From the human T2T-CHM13v2.0 reference genome, Homo sapiens, in NCBI RefSeq assembly GCF_009914755.1, contig NC_060938.1: a DNA stretch of 64,000 bases, one strand, 5' to 3'. Below are positions 1 to 15,101 of the stretch, in pieces (position 1 is the stretch's first letter; each line of letters starts with the position of its first letter). The notes under the pieces are model-generated. The model made no database searches. It was not told where the DNA came from and saw only the letters and a list, made by a program, of their open reading frames with translations. The position numbers and the translations under genes were made by a program.

Positions 1-271
1 AGTGTCCAACTGCTGCTGGTATTTCTAAGGAAAAATGAGGGTGGTTCTAAAAGTGACAACAGAACTGGAATCTGAAACCAAATATAATTGCCAGAGTGAA
101 TGGCCCCAACCAAAATAATGGTGACACTCATGGTAAGCACACAGGAAAGAAAGCTCCCTTCTTCCCTCATCATCACTCCAGGCTACTTCTACTGCCCCCT
201 TTGGCACAGCTGAATGTGCCAAACAGAAATGAGTTGTGTACAGGCACATCCTGAACATTACATAGTACAGC

Positions 272-309
272 AAAAAAAAAAAAAAAAAAGAGAGAGAGAG
301 AGAGGAGAG
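272..309. repeat. A-run followed by (GA)n simple repeat
   Basis: Read directly from sequence. Confidence 0.9.
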
Positions 310-396
310 TTAAAAATGAGGGACAACAGCTTGAAACTATCTTTTCTGTGCCTTTGCTCAGGAAACATAAAGACACAACTTCTGGGAAAAGGAACC

Positions 397-504
397 TTTA
401 ATATTGCTTAAGACACTGTAGAGTAAGTAAGAATAGGCTAGGAATCCTTTGCTGTGATAGCTAATGCTTGCAATCCTGACATGAAATGTCCATGAAGTTT
501 TATT
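397..504 (-). terminator. Candidate ADAM20 polyadenylation signals: AATAAA (499-504) and ATTAAA (397-402)
   Basis: Plus-strand TTTATT and TTTAAT about 95 and 200 nt beyond the stop codon, followed on the minus strand by a pyrimidine/U-rich tract (272-310). Confidence 0.55.
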
Positions 505-598
505 TAAACAGTGAGACATGGCTTCATATTTTTCTATTAAAAAATTGGATATTAAAAATGAAGTATAAAGTTTAGTCTCCTTCTTTTTCCCATTTCTC

Positions 599-2779
599 TT
601 ATCCTTCTTCATCTTCTTTACTTTTTGTGCGTTTCTTAAAAAGCACATGTAAGCAAAATAATAAAAAAGCAACCAAAGGAAGAAGGCACAATAGTGACAG
701 GTAACGCAACTTTCCCATCACATTTAATCCTTCCATGTTGTTCTTAGGAGGTGGGCCACTATCAGCACTACCTCCATAGCCTTTGTCCTTGCAGTATGGG
801 GGTGCCCATTCATGGTTGCAGTGACAGTGTTGTTTGTTGTTGCAGATTCCCCTCATGTTGCAGGTCTTAGGCTGACAGGCTTGTGACAGATGAACCATAC
901 TGGCACACTTCTTACGGATGCAGATCTTTTCTGGACCACATACTGTGCCATCTTTCACCTCACCAATATCAGGTATAGCCATCCCTAAATGATAATCAGT
1001 GCCCCAGCAAGTGGTGTCATTGAGGTGAAACTGCTGCACTGTAGAATGCTCTATCAGATTGGGAATTACTCCCACATTTTCACACTGAACCCTCCCACAC
1101 ATGATATCAGGGGTCCAACATTTTACATATGTTGTGCCTACAATACCACAGTGACCGAAACGGTTTCCTTGGGTGTTGATTTCTTGGTAGCAACTCTGAG
1201 ATGCACTCCTTGCATCTTGGCCAAAAATCTCTTTACATTGTATATCATGGTTATTACACGTCTTTTCATAGCAGAAGGCATTCACATTACAGGAGATCCC
1301 GTCCTGCACATACACATCATCTGGGCATTGATGGGATGTCCCATTGCACCACTCTGGAAGGTCACATTCACCAACTTGTTGTCTACATAAAGTTCCTGAT
1401 GGCAGAAATTTGCAGTCTTTGCAACATATTCCAAAAGCACAAGCAGCCCCAGGATGTAGAGTACAGTTTAACAGACAACAGGGATCTTTTGCACACTGCC
1501 GTATGGTTCCACAGTCACATTCCTCCCCTTCTTCAACCACTAGATTCCCACAGTACTTCAGTCTAAATATATTCCCTGGATATGGAGGCGGTTGAATACA
1601 TAATCCACTACTGATAGTACTGTCCCAATATTGGGCATAACTGCAGTTGCTAAATTTAGTTGTCACCTTTCTATAGGCATGCATTATGCACCACTGTAGC
1701 TCGCACACACACCACTGGGTGTCATGTTGCATACCCAAATTATGACCAAGCTCGTGGCCCAAAGTAATTGCAAAAACGACCAACCTGTTGTCTTCAAAAA
1801 CATCAACTCCAGTATTAAAAGGATTCTGGCATATTCCTTTAACATAGGCAACACCAAGCTTCATGCCTTGTGTGTCTTTTATGAAAAGATGTGCAACATC
1901 ATGTTGTAGTCGATTATTAAGGTTATAATTCTTCCAAATAGAAAAGTCCTCTAAAACATTATCTAGGTCTCCACTGGTAGGAAGTGGATTTGATGCAGTC
2001 CATATATCAATTCCAGTCAAAATTACATCAACCTCCAAAGGATGATAGAAGGAATCCACTATATTGACAACGTTAAATACTTCATGCTGCACTGTTGTTG
2101 CATTACTTTGAGAGAAAAGATATCTAATATTATCCACGACCACTACCAGCTCAACAAACCGCTGATGGGTCCACCAGCCCACAAAAGAACTTTGCTTCAG
2201 AGTGAAATTATATGACAATTGCAACTCCATCTGGTGTGCTATTTTCTCTTCTGTTAACCCACATCTCATAGGTGGAAACTGTGTATCATCACTGTCTATC
2301 TTATATACTAGGTGTTCAAATGTGGCAGAAACACTAATTGGCTTGATTTCATAAACAAGGTCATTTATCTGTAGCATTCCAAGAAAGCCCCCAGAACAGG
2401 TACTAAGGGCAACCAAGGACTCAGGGACCCCCTCCACATAACCATGGTAGTAGCAGTCATCCTGGATGAAGGGCTGATCCTGGAGCAGGGCATGCTGCTC
2501 TGTGTAGGTGAACACAGGAAGGTGTGCAGCAAACAACAGCTTATTTACCCTCATGTGGACAATGTATCTCTGTCCCCCAAACCGCAGGCTATAGGAGAGC
2601 CATCCAGGAGCCTTTGCACCTCTGCCCCTGCTGATCACCTTCAAAGGGATCACCACTTCTGGAGAAGTGAAATACTGGGAGGGCCTGGCCTGAGAGTGGC
2701 CAGAAATAGACAAAAACATCCCAAACCAGAGCAGCAGAAGAGTGACCCTGATGTGCACCAGGGGCTCACCCACTGCCAT
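599..2779 (-). CDS. ADAM20: ADAM metallopeptidase domain 20, single coding exon, 726 aa from MAVGEPLV; in-frame upstream ATG at 2929 gives a 776 aa form
   Basis: ORF shows signal peptide, prodomain with cysteine switch (PMRCGLT), zinc motif HELGHNLGMQHD (1721-1756), Met-turn CIM, disintegrin loop ECDLPEWC, Cys-rich and EGF-like domains, TM helix and short tail KKRTKSKEDEEG. ATG 2779 has strong Kozak context (ATAATGG). Confidence 0.96.
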   Translation of the reverse strand: MAVGEPLVHIRVTLLLLWFGMFLSISGHSQARPSQYFTSPEVVIPLKVISRGRGAKAPGWLSYSLRFGGQRYIVHMRVNKLLFAAHLPVFTYTEQHALLQDQPFIQDDCYYHGYVEGVPESLVALSTCSGGFLGMLQINDLVYEIKPISVSATFEHLVYKIDSDDTQFPPMRCGLTEEKIAHQMELQLSYNFTLKQSSFVGWWTHQRFVELVVVVDNIRYLFSQSNATTVQHEVFNVVNIVDSFYHPLEVDVILTGIDIWTASNPLPTSGDLDNVLEDFSIWKNYNLNNRLQHDVAHLFIKDTQGMKLGVAYVKGICQNPFNTGVDVFEDNRLVVFAITLGHELGHNLGMQHDTQWCVCELQWCIMHAYRKVTTKFSNCSYAQYWDSTISSGLCIQPPPYPGNIFRLKYCGNLVVEEGEECDCGTIRQCAKDPCCLLNCTLHPGAACAFGICCKDCKFLPSGTLCRQQVGECDLPEWCNGTSHQCPDDVYVQDGISCNVNAFCYEKTCNNHDIQCKEIFGQDARSASQSCYQEINTQGNRFGHCGIVGTTYVKCWTPDIMCGRVQCENVGVIPNLIEHSTVQQFHLNDTTCWGTDYHLGMAIPDIGEVKDGTVCGPEKICIRKKCASMVHLSQACQPKTCNMRGICNNKQHCHCNHEWAPPYCKDKGYGGSADSGPPPKNNMEGLNVMGKLRYLSLLCLLPLVAFLLFCLHVLFKKRTKSKEDEEG

Positions 2780-2934
2780 TATGAAGCTGTCATTATGGAG
2801 CCATCTGTCTAGAGCAGAAGAGAACAAGGTGTGAGGCACTGCTGGTCTGGCTCCTCCCTCTGAGCTGTTCAGGGTGCATGGCTGACCTTTAGGGATCTGG
2901 GGATCTGTGTCCTGGTGGAGCTGGACCATCAGAG

Positions 2935-3015
2935 CTGCAGTGCTGAAAATAAAAACTGAAAGAGCCAGGATGGGGTGGGTGGGATAGAAAGGGAGAAAGA
3001 GAGAGAGAAAAAAGG
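2935..3015 (-). promoter_or_regulatory. Splice acceptor region of the ADAM20 coding exon: polypyrimidine tract and three candidate AGs (exon starts 2955, 2942, 2934)
   Basis: Minus strand reads ...tttttttctctctctctttctccctttc...ctctttcAG tttttattttcAG cactgcAG ctctgATG. Confidence 0.7.
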
Positions 3016-3224
3016 CAAAGTGATTCCTGCATTTGGACCATATTTGAAGCAATAAAATGCATTAGGATTCTCTTAATACATATGGCCAAGAAGATTTCCA
3101 GATAGGGGAGATTGCACATAGGTGAGTTATTACCAAATTTTCATGATGGATACCTAAAGATTCATTATATACTGTTCTTAAAATATGTAAAATGGCAAGA
3201 CATTTTCCATTTTATTTTAATGTA

Positions 3225-3541
3225 TGTATTTCTTTTATTATTTCCTTATTTTACAGATGGGGTACTGCTCTGTTGCCCAGGCTGTAGTGCAGTGACACAA
3301 TCACAGCACATTGCACCCTCAAAGTCCTAGACTCACGAGATCCTCCCACCTTAGCCTCCAAGTAGAACTGCAGGCATGCATTGCAACAGCCAGCTAATTT
3401 TTCTTTTTGATTTTTTTTGGGGGGATAGAGATGGAGTCTCACTATGTTACCCAGGCTGGTCTCAAACTCCTGGTCTCAAGTGATCTTCTTGTCTCAGCCT
3501 TCCAAAGTACTGGGATTACAGGCATGAGCTGTCATACCGAG
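3225..3541 (-). mobile_element. Alu, diverged (AluJ-like)
   Basis: Reverse-complement Alu dimer with many substitutions and a degenerate T tail. Confidence 0.85.
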
Positions 3542-6500
3542 CAAAATTGTTCATTTTAAAGACACTGGATTCTGACACAAATCTTTCTTCCAACCAAAAA
3601 CCTACTGGCAACCTGCACATTCAATAAGTATATGGACAACACATCCAAAATCCACCATTCTTTGTTCCTTTATTCATGTAGTTTGCTCCATCTCCCCTCT
3701 TCTATCCCAGACATTTTATGTATACCTAATTGTGCTCTAAATTGATAGTCAAAAAAGCCCCACTAAAAGGGCTTACTAGTATTGAGAAACCTCCTCCAAT
3801 CAAGACTTTTTAATTTTATAATATATTCTTATCTGCAGAAAAGCCCTGGGCATTCTAAGGAAGGAAGGCATGTGATAGGGTAACAGGGAGTGAGGCAGCT
3901 GTTTTGGGACAGGGCACACAGCCAACTAGCATCATGATCTCTATCATAAGAGGCTCCTCCTGGTCATGTCAATACAGATTTGATTCTACTTTTCACATGG
4001 CTGATGAGTTACCTGGATCTACACATTTCAATCTCAATGTTCCAAAGAAAGCCTACACAGAGGAGCTTAAGCCTAGAGTCCATTCATTCTAATGTTCAGA
4101 AGACCACAATTTGAGTAGACTTAAAAACCTCATTACTGTTGAAAACAAATTTTGGCTCAAGTAAAAGCTAACTTTGCTCAGTTCCTGACTTTCACTTAAA
4201 AATGTTGTTAATGATTTGCTCATATTTGAAATCAAAATGTTAAAACAAATTTGGAGACACGTTGTTAACACATACTGGTGGCCTCAATATTCTAAGAGCA
4301 CAAATGAGCATGTGCAACCTCCTTAGCATTATGATGTCAAGAAAACCTCTATCCCTCCATGTGGGTGTCCAGAACTAATGGATGGCCACCGGATGCCACA
4401 AGAGGAAATCAGGATCACTAGATGAGACCTCTTAGGTAAAGTATATCTGATAGAGGTGAAATCCCAATTTAGATTTCCTCTCCATAGCTCTCCTCATAAT
4501 ATCCTTGGTATGTGTCATAGAGTTTGGAACATTAAGATGGAAATGGGTGAATTGAGAGAGGATCATGACAGAAAAAGCCTTGTAGAGAAGATAAAACCTA
4601 TATTACATATAGTCAGAAATATGATGAGGTTATAATACAAAAGTTTATTCCAAAGAATCTGTGATAGGCCAGTCCTTGTCATCAATGCATTACTCCAAAG
4701 ACAAGTCTTAAAGGAACATTGCCTTCCCATTAATTTTGTGAACGGGTGTATTCTGAAGGCCTTTCCTCTAATATTACTGGGATTTCAACCACTGTGAGAA
4801 TCTTCCTCTGCATCAGTAATTAACTCTTTCTTCTAATTCCAGTAACAATTTAAAACTCATCAACACCCTATCTTATGATCTCTCCCCTCACTCACAGTCA
4901 CAGCCTAATTTTGTGTTTCTCAAACTCAGGTCACAAACTGTAAATCAATGTAGTGGGCCACAACCAAAGGAAACACAATTGTGTTGAAAATATCAGAGGG
5001 TTTTACACAGATCCTTAGCAAGACCTTCAAACACTGTAACCAGAGTTTATATTTAATTTTCTGTGTCTGTGTTTGTATCTGCACACTCCCATGCTCACTG
5101 AGTCTCAATGTAAACTAAGCTAAATTTCTTATTGTGGGTCACAGTCAAAATCCACTGGAAGAGCAGTAGCCAAATAATGAAAATGAAAGATTTTGGGGAA
5201 AACTCTGTCCCTCTTTCTTTGCTGAAAATAAAATCCTATCTGAAACTACAGTCATTCTTATCTCTCCCTGGGATCTTGGATTCAATTTCAGTGAAAGATG
5301 TATCTTCCTCCAGTTCCAGCTCATAGCCCCTCTATCTGTGCTATGAATCCTATAGCCTTACCTACTTGAAGATTGACTCAACTGTCAGATTTATCCTCAA
5401 CTTTTCCTTCATTACTTTCTCTTTATTTCCAGTACATGAACATACTCAAATCTCTACTAACCTTAAAATATTTATCTTCCTTTATTCTCACATACTCCCA
5501 TGGCTACCACCTTGCCACTAGAACTTTCTCTCTTTAATGGACAAGAATCACTTACCAGCAAACTGAACAATTATGCCCATAGTTCTTTTAATGGCCACGC
5601 TCATCAGTGGTCTGTATTGCCCCCTCAAAAAACAAATATAAGAACTGACATCTCACATGTCAAAAGTAAACAAATCTCTGTAGATCTCACAGAGGATTAA
5701 GTTCTTAATCTCGCTGCTCAGCAACAAGGTCCTCTCAGTTACAGATCACACCATGTGGCTCTTAAAGTCAATTGACTCTGCCTCCACCACCTCTATCCAG
5801 TTTTCTTTTTCTATCCCTCCCCTACATGCAAGTGTCAGGTCAGCCTCTTCAACCCCATCTTATGAGCTCCACACACAGCATATGCTCACTTCTGCTTTAG
5901 GAACTTTGTTCATGCCCTACCCTTATCTAAATCATCTAAACCTTTCCTCATTCTTGAACCACATTATAGTATCCTTCAATGTTTAGATTAAATTCAACTT
6001 CTGCTTTGCATCATTAATATTCTGTAAACTTCTGAATAAGCATCATATCCTGTGTTTGAAATATTTATGTATATGGTCTGCTTTTTTATGTGTGGTTCTA
6101 CCACATCACCAGTTAAACTATAATTTGGTAGAAAAATATAGCAGAAATATTGTTATTGATATAAAATGTTCATACTTTTGGCTAAAGAAAGCTTAGTATC
6201 CTTAATATAATTATGTTAAACCTGCATAAAACAAAGGTGAATGTGAAGTTCAATACAATATTAAAAGCAACTGAATGATGATGCACTCGCAGTGGGCGGG
6301 GGAGTTTGGAACAACAATTGGGAGACAATTTTATATCTTTGCCATCTACTATCTTCTTTTTTAGATATGGTTGTGAGGAAATGGATCAGAAAGTGAATAG
6401 ATAAGGATCACTTAGGTCCATCTTCTAAGAAAGTCCTTTTCATTTTCTTTTCATGATTGTATTAATAACTGGATACTTTATTTCTTTTCATGATTATATT

Positions 6501-7419
6501 AATCACTGGATACATAGGTTTCCCCTAATGTATAGGGGGTTGAACTGTTCCATATGTCCAGGTAGAATTGGAGAATCCTTCTTAGGATGTGTTAAACAAA
6601 AAGGTTTCCTCATTCCAGAGCTTAGTGGAGATAATCTGACCATGCCAGATTTGACTGACAATGATGAAAGAAATTGTCCAAGAAATGAGAGGCTTGGGAA
6701 AATACACAAACCCAAACCTGGAAAGGTTTTGACAAGGACACAGTAGATGATGCTATCAAGAAGAGAAAACTATAAACAGGCTGATAGATGGCCACATGAA
6801 AAGAGAGAACCTCCTTGAGTCTGACAGAATGGGCAATCACCTGGAACATCTGTGTTAGACAATGACTGAAGCTTCCTAAAGCAGGTTTGACTACATCTTG
6901 TTTGTAGTAAAAATAATTTCATATGCATCTAAAAGCAAAACAAACTGTTACAAGAGACAAAAGATGAGACTATATAATGATAAAAGGGCTCAATTTATCA
7001 GGAAGATATAACAATTAGAAATATATGCACCCAACATTGGAGAACCCAAATGTATGAAGCAAACATTGACATAATTTAAGGGAGAAATAGATAGCAACAC
7101 AATAATAGTAAGATATTTTGATACCCTATTTTCAATAATGGATAGAACATCCAGACAGAAAATCAATTTAAGAAACTGACTTGAACCATACTATAGACCA
7201 TATGGACCTAACAAACACACACAGAACATTCTACCCAACACATCAGAACACACATTCTTCTCAAGGGCACACAAAATATTCTCCAGGATAGTTCACATAT
7301 TAGGTCATAAAACAAGTCTTAACAAATTTAAGATTGAAATCACCCCAAGCATCTTTCTGACCACAATAGAATGAGACTAGCTATCAATAATGTAATGAAA
7401 TCTGAAAAATTCACAAATA

Positions 7420-8736
<1,317 letters not shown>

Positions 8737-11069
8737 CAGATGGAAATTAAACAACACCAACCATTGGGTCAAAGAAGAAACTAAGAGGGAAATTAGCAAA
8801 TATCTTGACATAAAAATGAAAACACAGCATACCAAAACTTATAGGATGCAGCAAAGCAGTCCTAAAAGAGAAGTTTACAGAGATAAATACTGACATTTAA
8901 AAAAAAAAAAGAGAGAGAGAAATCTCAAATAAACAACCTGACTTTACACCTTCAGGAACTAGAAGGAAAGAAGAAAAAACTACGCTGAAAGTCAACAGAA
9001 AAAAGACATAAACATTGGAGCAGTAATAAACAAAATAGAGAATAGACCATTTAAAAATCAATACAAATTGGTATTTGAAAAGATCAACAAAATTGGCAAA
9101 CCTTTAACTAGAGCAGCTAAGAGAAAAACAAAACAAAAATCAGAAATGAAAAAGGAGACATTATAACTAATGACTTAGAAATAAAAAGGTCTAAAAGAAA
9201 TTACTATGATACAAGGATAGTTTAACATTCAAAAACCAATCATTGTGATATATCACATTCACAGGCAGAAGGATAAAAATTACATGATCATCTCAATAGA
9301 TGCAGAAAAAGCATTTGACAAAATCCAACACACTTTTTTGATAAAAAATACTTGACATTCTAGGAATACAAGAAAATGGTCTCAACATTATACAGGCATG
9401 TATGGAAAAGTACACAGCTAACATTGTACTCAATGATGAAAAACTGAAAGCTTTTCCTCTAAGATCTGGAACAAGGCAAGAATATCCATTTTATCCACTT
9501 CTATAAAACAGTATGGGAAGTCCTAGCCAGAGAAATTAGACAAGAAAAAGAAATTAAAATGTCCATATCAGAAAGGAAGAAGTAAAATGATCTATGTTCA
9601 CGGATGACTTGATCTGTAGAAAACTCTAAAGATTCTACAAAAACAAACCTGTTATAGCTAATAAATGAATTCAACAAAGTTGCAGGATACAAAATCAACT
9701 ACAAAAGTCACGTGCATAATTATATACTAACAATAAATCACCTGAAAAATAAGAAAACAATTCTATTTACAATAGCATCAGAAAGAATAAAATACTTAGG
9801 AATAATCTTAAATTTAAAAAATTAAAGACATGTACACTTGAAATCACAAAACCTTGCTGAAAAAAATTAAAGAAGACATAAATAAATGGAAAGACATCTC
9901 ATTCATAGACTAGAAGACTTAATATTGTTAAAATGTCCACACTATCCAAAGCAATCTACAGATTCAATAGAATCCCTAACAAAATCTCAGTGGCATTATT
10001 AGCAGAATTAGAAAAACAATTCAAAATTTATAAAGAAGCACAAATGGCCCCAAACAGCCAAAACAATCTTGAGAAAGAAGAATAAAGCTGGAAGCCTCAT
10101 ACTATCTGACTTCAAAATATATTATAAATATACAGTAGTAAAAACAGCATGGTACTGGCATAAAAACAGACAGAATACAGAGCCCAGAAGTAAACCCAGA
10201 CATGTATGAATAAATGACCTCTGATAAAGGTGCCAAAACTACACAATGGGGGAAAAATAGTCTCTTCCATAAGCAGTATTGGAAAAACTGGATATCCACA
10301 TGCAAAAGCATGAAATTGAACACTTATACAACACAAAAATCGCTCAAAATGAAATAAAAACATAAAAATAAGACCTGAGACTATAAAACTTTAAAAAAAC
10401 ACACACGAGAAAATCTTCACAGCATTTGTTTTTGCAATGATTTCTTGGGCATGACACCAAAAGCACGGGCAATAAAAGCAAAAATGAGACTACCTCAAAC
10501 TAAAAATCTTCTTAACAGCAAAGGAGACAATCAACAGATTGGAAACAGATGGGCATGTAGTGGCATCATAATTATTTAAATTACCATCCAATGTTAATTG
10601 TGATTAAGTTCCCTATTGATGCAAGTATGTAGGGTGACCAAGTGACTGCTGTAATTATAAGTACATCAAGGATGGAGGAGTGAGATAGCTATACTTAACT
10701 ATATTGGCATTTTACATGATAAGGCCCAAGGCCCTAAATTCACAGTGGCCTACATGACAGGAGAAGTATTTGCCAAACATCTATCTGATACCTGATAAGG
10801 GTTACTATCCAAAATATATAAGAAACCCATAAAACTCAAAAGCAATAAATTAAGTTTTTTCAAAATACAAAGTTGGGCAAATGACCTGAATAGGCATTTA
10901 TCCAAAAATATATATATATGGCCAACACCATTTATGAATAATGTTATAACACATGAAAAGATGCTCAACATCACTAATCATGAGAAAATACAAATCAAAA
11001 CCACAAAGAGATCTCACCTCTAGCTTGGATGTTCTGTACGCTCCAAATTTCATGTTAAAGTGTGACTTC

Positions 11070-11798
11070 TGATACCATCTCATGCCAGTTAGAATGGCAA
11101 TTATTAAAAAGTCAGGAAATAACAGATGTTAGAGAGGATGTGGAGAAATAGGAATGCTTTTACACTGTTGGCGAGAGCGTAAATTAGTTCAACCATTGTG
11201 AAAGACAGTGTGGCAATTCCTCAAGGATCTAGAACCAGATATACCATTTAACCCAGCAATCCCATTACTGAGTATATACTCAAAGGATTATAAATCATTC
11301 TACTATAAAGACACATGCACACGTATGTTTACTGCAACACTATTTTCAATAGCAAAGACTTGGAACCAACCCAAATGCCCATCAACGATAGACTGGATAA
11401 AGAAAATGTGGCACATACATACCATGGAATACTATGCAGCCATAAAAAAGAATGAGTTTATGTGCTTTGCAGGGACATGGATGAAGCTGGAAGCCACCAT
11501 TCTCAGCAAACTAACACAGGAACAGAAAACCAAACACTGCATGCTCTCACTCATAAGTGGGAGTTGAACAATGAGAACAAATGGACACAGGGAGAAGAAC
11601 ATCACACACCAATGCTTGTTGAGGGATGGGGGGCAAGGGAAGGGAGAGCATTAGGGCAAATACCTAATGCATGTGGGTCTTAAAACCTAGATGATGGGTT
11701 GATGGGTGCAGCAAACCACCATGGCACATGTATACCTATGTAACAAACCTGCACATTCTGCACATGTATCCTAGAACTTAAAATTTAAAAAAAAAAAA
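11070..11798 (+). mobile_element. L1PA 3' fragment (end of ORF2, 3' UTR, poly-A)
   Basis: ORF 11208-11567 is an ORF2 C-terminus homolog; followed by L1PA 3' UTR and A tail. Confidence 0.9.
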
Positions 11799-11806
11799 CC
11801 CTCTTA

Positions 11807-12144
<338 letters not shown>

Positions 12145-12799
12145 CACGCACACAAAAACACTTAAATGTATTAATCTTATCCTAAATTATTTTATGTTTT
12201 ATTTTATACTTATAGAAGCCTTCCCATGTATCACATAAAATTCTCATGCTTAAAAAAAATGTGACTTCCAATGCTGGAGGTAGGAAAGTAAAATGGCACA
12301 GCTGCTATGGAAAACAATATACAGGTTCCTCAGAAAATTAAAAATAGAACTACCATATGATCTAGTAATCCCACTTCTAGGTATTTATCCAAATTATCAA
12401 AATCGGGCTCTTGAAGATATCTTTGCATTCCCATGTTAACTGCAGCATTATTTACAATAACCAAAAGGTGGAAAAAAAATGTAAATATTTCCCAACAGAC
12501 GCATGGCCCAAAAAAGGAAGGAAATCCTGTCATATGCTACACCATGGATGAGCATTGAGAATTTTATACTAAGTGAAATAAGCCAGTCACAGGACAAATA
12601 CAGAATGATTCCACTTACGAGGTATCTAAAGTAGTAAAATTCTTAGAAGAAAAAAAATAGAATGTTAGTTGCCAGGTGCTGAGGGATTAGGGAAATGAGG
12701 AGTTCCTGTTCAATGGATATATAATTTCAGTCATACAAGATGAAAAAGTTCTAGAGGTATGCTGTACAATAATGTGCATATAGTTAATAATACTGTAGC

Positions 12800-13795
12800 T
12801 CCTTCTAGCAAATCTTACCTCTGTGTCTTTCAGTGTTCCATTTTTATATTTTCAGTCCTCTAATAACTTTTTAAATTTTTCCTATATTAATTTTCCTTGG
12901 TGTGTTTTTCTTTTTTGGACAGGATATTGACAGACACAAGACTTGGTACTAGGAGTGATACCAAAAAAGAAAGATAAAATGGGAATCTGAGATTGATGTG
13001 GGCATGACCCTAGTCTTAAACACACTGCTGAACTCCCATCCAATGGAGAATGGCATGTAATGACATCACAATTAGTTACTACTCAATGTTGATTGCAGTG
13101 AACTGCCCTATTGACCCAAGTGTGTAAGGGGATGAAGTGACTGCTGTGATAATTACTATGAGTACCTCAAAGACTGAGAGGTGAAATAGCTATATTTAAT
13201 TTAATGTAATTAAGCTAATTTAATGTAAACTGGGAAATTTACATGATGAGGCCAAAGTCTTGAAATTCACAGTTCAAACAGGGAGCTTATAATGGTGGAC
13301 CTAAAAGAATCTCTCCTTTGTTTTAACCATACAACCAAGCTCACTGAAAACAAAATTAGTTGAAATGCTTGCAGAGTGACAACATAAGTTGAATACATAG
13401 ATACGTCAAGGGAAAGGGAAGAAACTGACTGGGAAGGGGGAAAACTTTGAGACTTGAAATAGAGAATTCCTGGTGAATTTGGATGATTTTAAACATGTAA
13501 ACATTCCAAAATATCCCCTAGTCTCCTTTACTAGTGAAAGAGCCCAGAGCTCTCCTGTCTGAGAAGTCTATGCACCTCAAGCTTGAGACCTTACAATGAG
13601 CTCAGCTGGGGAACTTATCCTGAAAACGGATGCCTAGACTCCTCAAGACATACTCCTACCACCCCTTATTGGCTCTAGATGCAAAGAAGAATCAGATCTC
13701 AACACGCTCCAGAGCAAAAAGTTCCAAATCTGAATTGGAAGGAAATAACTTCTACTCCAAAATATTTGCAACATTTTACTAATTCATATTAGCAA
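12800..13795 (+). mobile_element. Ancient ERVL-class element: LTR 3' end (to about 12937) and start of internal region
   Basis: Junction ...gacagacaca-agacttggtactaggagtga resembles the ERVL/MaLR LTR end (ctgactaataca) followed by tggtaccaggagtgg. Confidence 0.55.
12819..13070 (-). promoter_or_regulatory. Probable ADAM20 non-coding first exon and proximal promoter: donor AG|GTAAG after 12819, CRE-like TGACATCA at 13061-13068
   Basis: Consensus 5' splice site on the ADAM20 strand and a CRE variant typical of CREM-driven spermatid genes. Spacing agrees with my recollection of a two-exon gene of about 12.6 kb. TSS is not determinable from sequence. Confidence 0.55.
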
Positions 13796-14204
13796 AAGAA
13801 AGCCAAAGAAACCATACTAATAACAGAAATGATGAAACAGCAACAAAAATAAAGTGGATATACTTTATAGAATGAAATTCAACAGGAATTTGTATTTAAC
13901 AAAATAGCTTCAAAATATATAAACGAAATTGTAAGAGATATAAAAGGATAAATAGAAAACTTCAAAGTCTACTTGTTGGTATAAAACGCTTCATTCAGTA
14001 ACTGATAGAACAATTTAAAAAACAATTAGTAAGGAAATAGAAAACTTAAGAAATGTTAATCAAATTAACCTAATGTACACATGTAAAAACATCCAACAAT
14101 TGCAGCACAGTTATGAAGTTCAAATGTGCATGGGACATATACCAAAATACATAATATCCATGGGCATAATGGAAGTATCAGCAAATCCTAAAAATAAGAA
14201 TTGG

Positions 14205-14588
<384 letters not shown>

Positions 14589-15083
14589 TTACAGAGCAGG
14601 AGCATCGCTGTCTTATAAAAGCATCACCATTTTAAGGTTCACCTTGATCAAAAACTACCTAAATCCAAAGTGCATCAGCCTAATGGCTAAGGCCAGCATG
14701 ACCATAAACCACAAATGACATCTCCAACCAGAAACATTCCAACCATAAGATAAACCTCTCCCCAACCAGAGACATGCCAGCCCCAAGATAACCTCCCCTC
14801 CAGCTGGAGAGATGTCAGCCCCAAGATAACCTCCCCTCCAGCCAGAGACATTCCAACCCTGCCATAAACTTCTCCCCCACACAGAAACATTCCAAGCCTG
14901 TGATAAACTCTCTCACCCTAAAACCAATAAAAACTCTTAGTCCATAGGAGCAAGCACTCCTAACCAAAAAAAAAAAAAAAAATTGTCCAGAAGCCCCTCT
15001 CAGGTTTATTCTCCAAAATAAACTTGTCTTTGACTGTTGAGCCACTTTTCATGTTTCTTTTCTCTTTCTTTACTTCTTACATT

Positions 15084-15101
15084 TGGTGCTGAAACCTGGG
15101 A
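15084..15101 (+). other. Primer-binding site complementary to tRNA-Phe
   Basis: TGGTGCTGAAACCTGGGA versus ideal TGGTGCCGAAACCCGGGA; both differences are CpG decays. Confidence 0.85.

Noticed and set aside
989-2812. Plus-strand ORFs overlapping ADAM20
   Set aside because: Antisense shadows of the coding exon with no recognisable domains.
2930-3052. 817-aa ADAM20 ORF with a further N-terminal extension
   Set aside because: The track start at 3052 is TTG, and the extension runs through the intronic polypyrimidine tract and splice acceptor.
3900-6900. Apparently unique intronic sequence with short ORFs (e.g. 6453-6746)
   Set aside because: No recognisable homology or convincing exon structure; probably decayed ancient repeats.
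14725-14900. Regularly spaced repeats of about 38 bp, superficially array-like
   Set aside because: Internal U3 tandem repeats of the LTR, present in both LTR copies; eukaryotic DNA, so not CRISPR.
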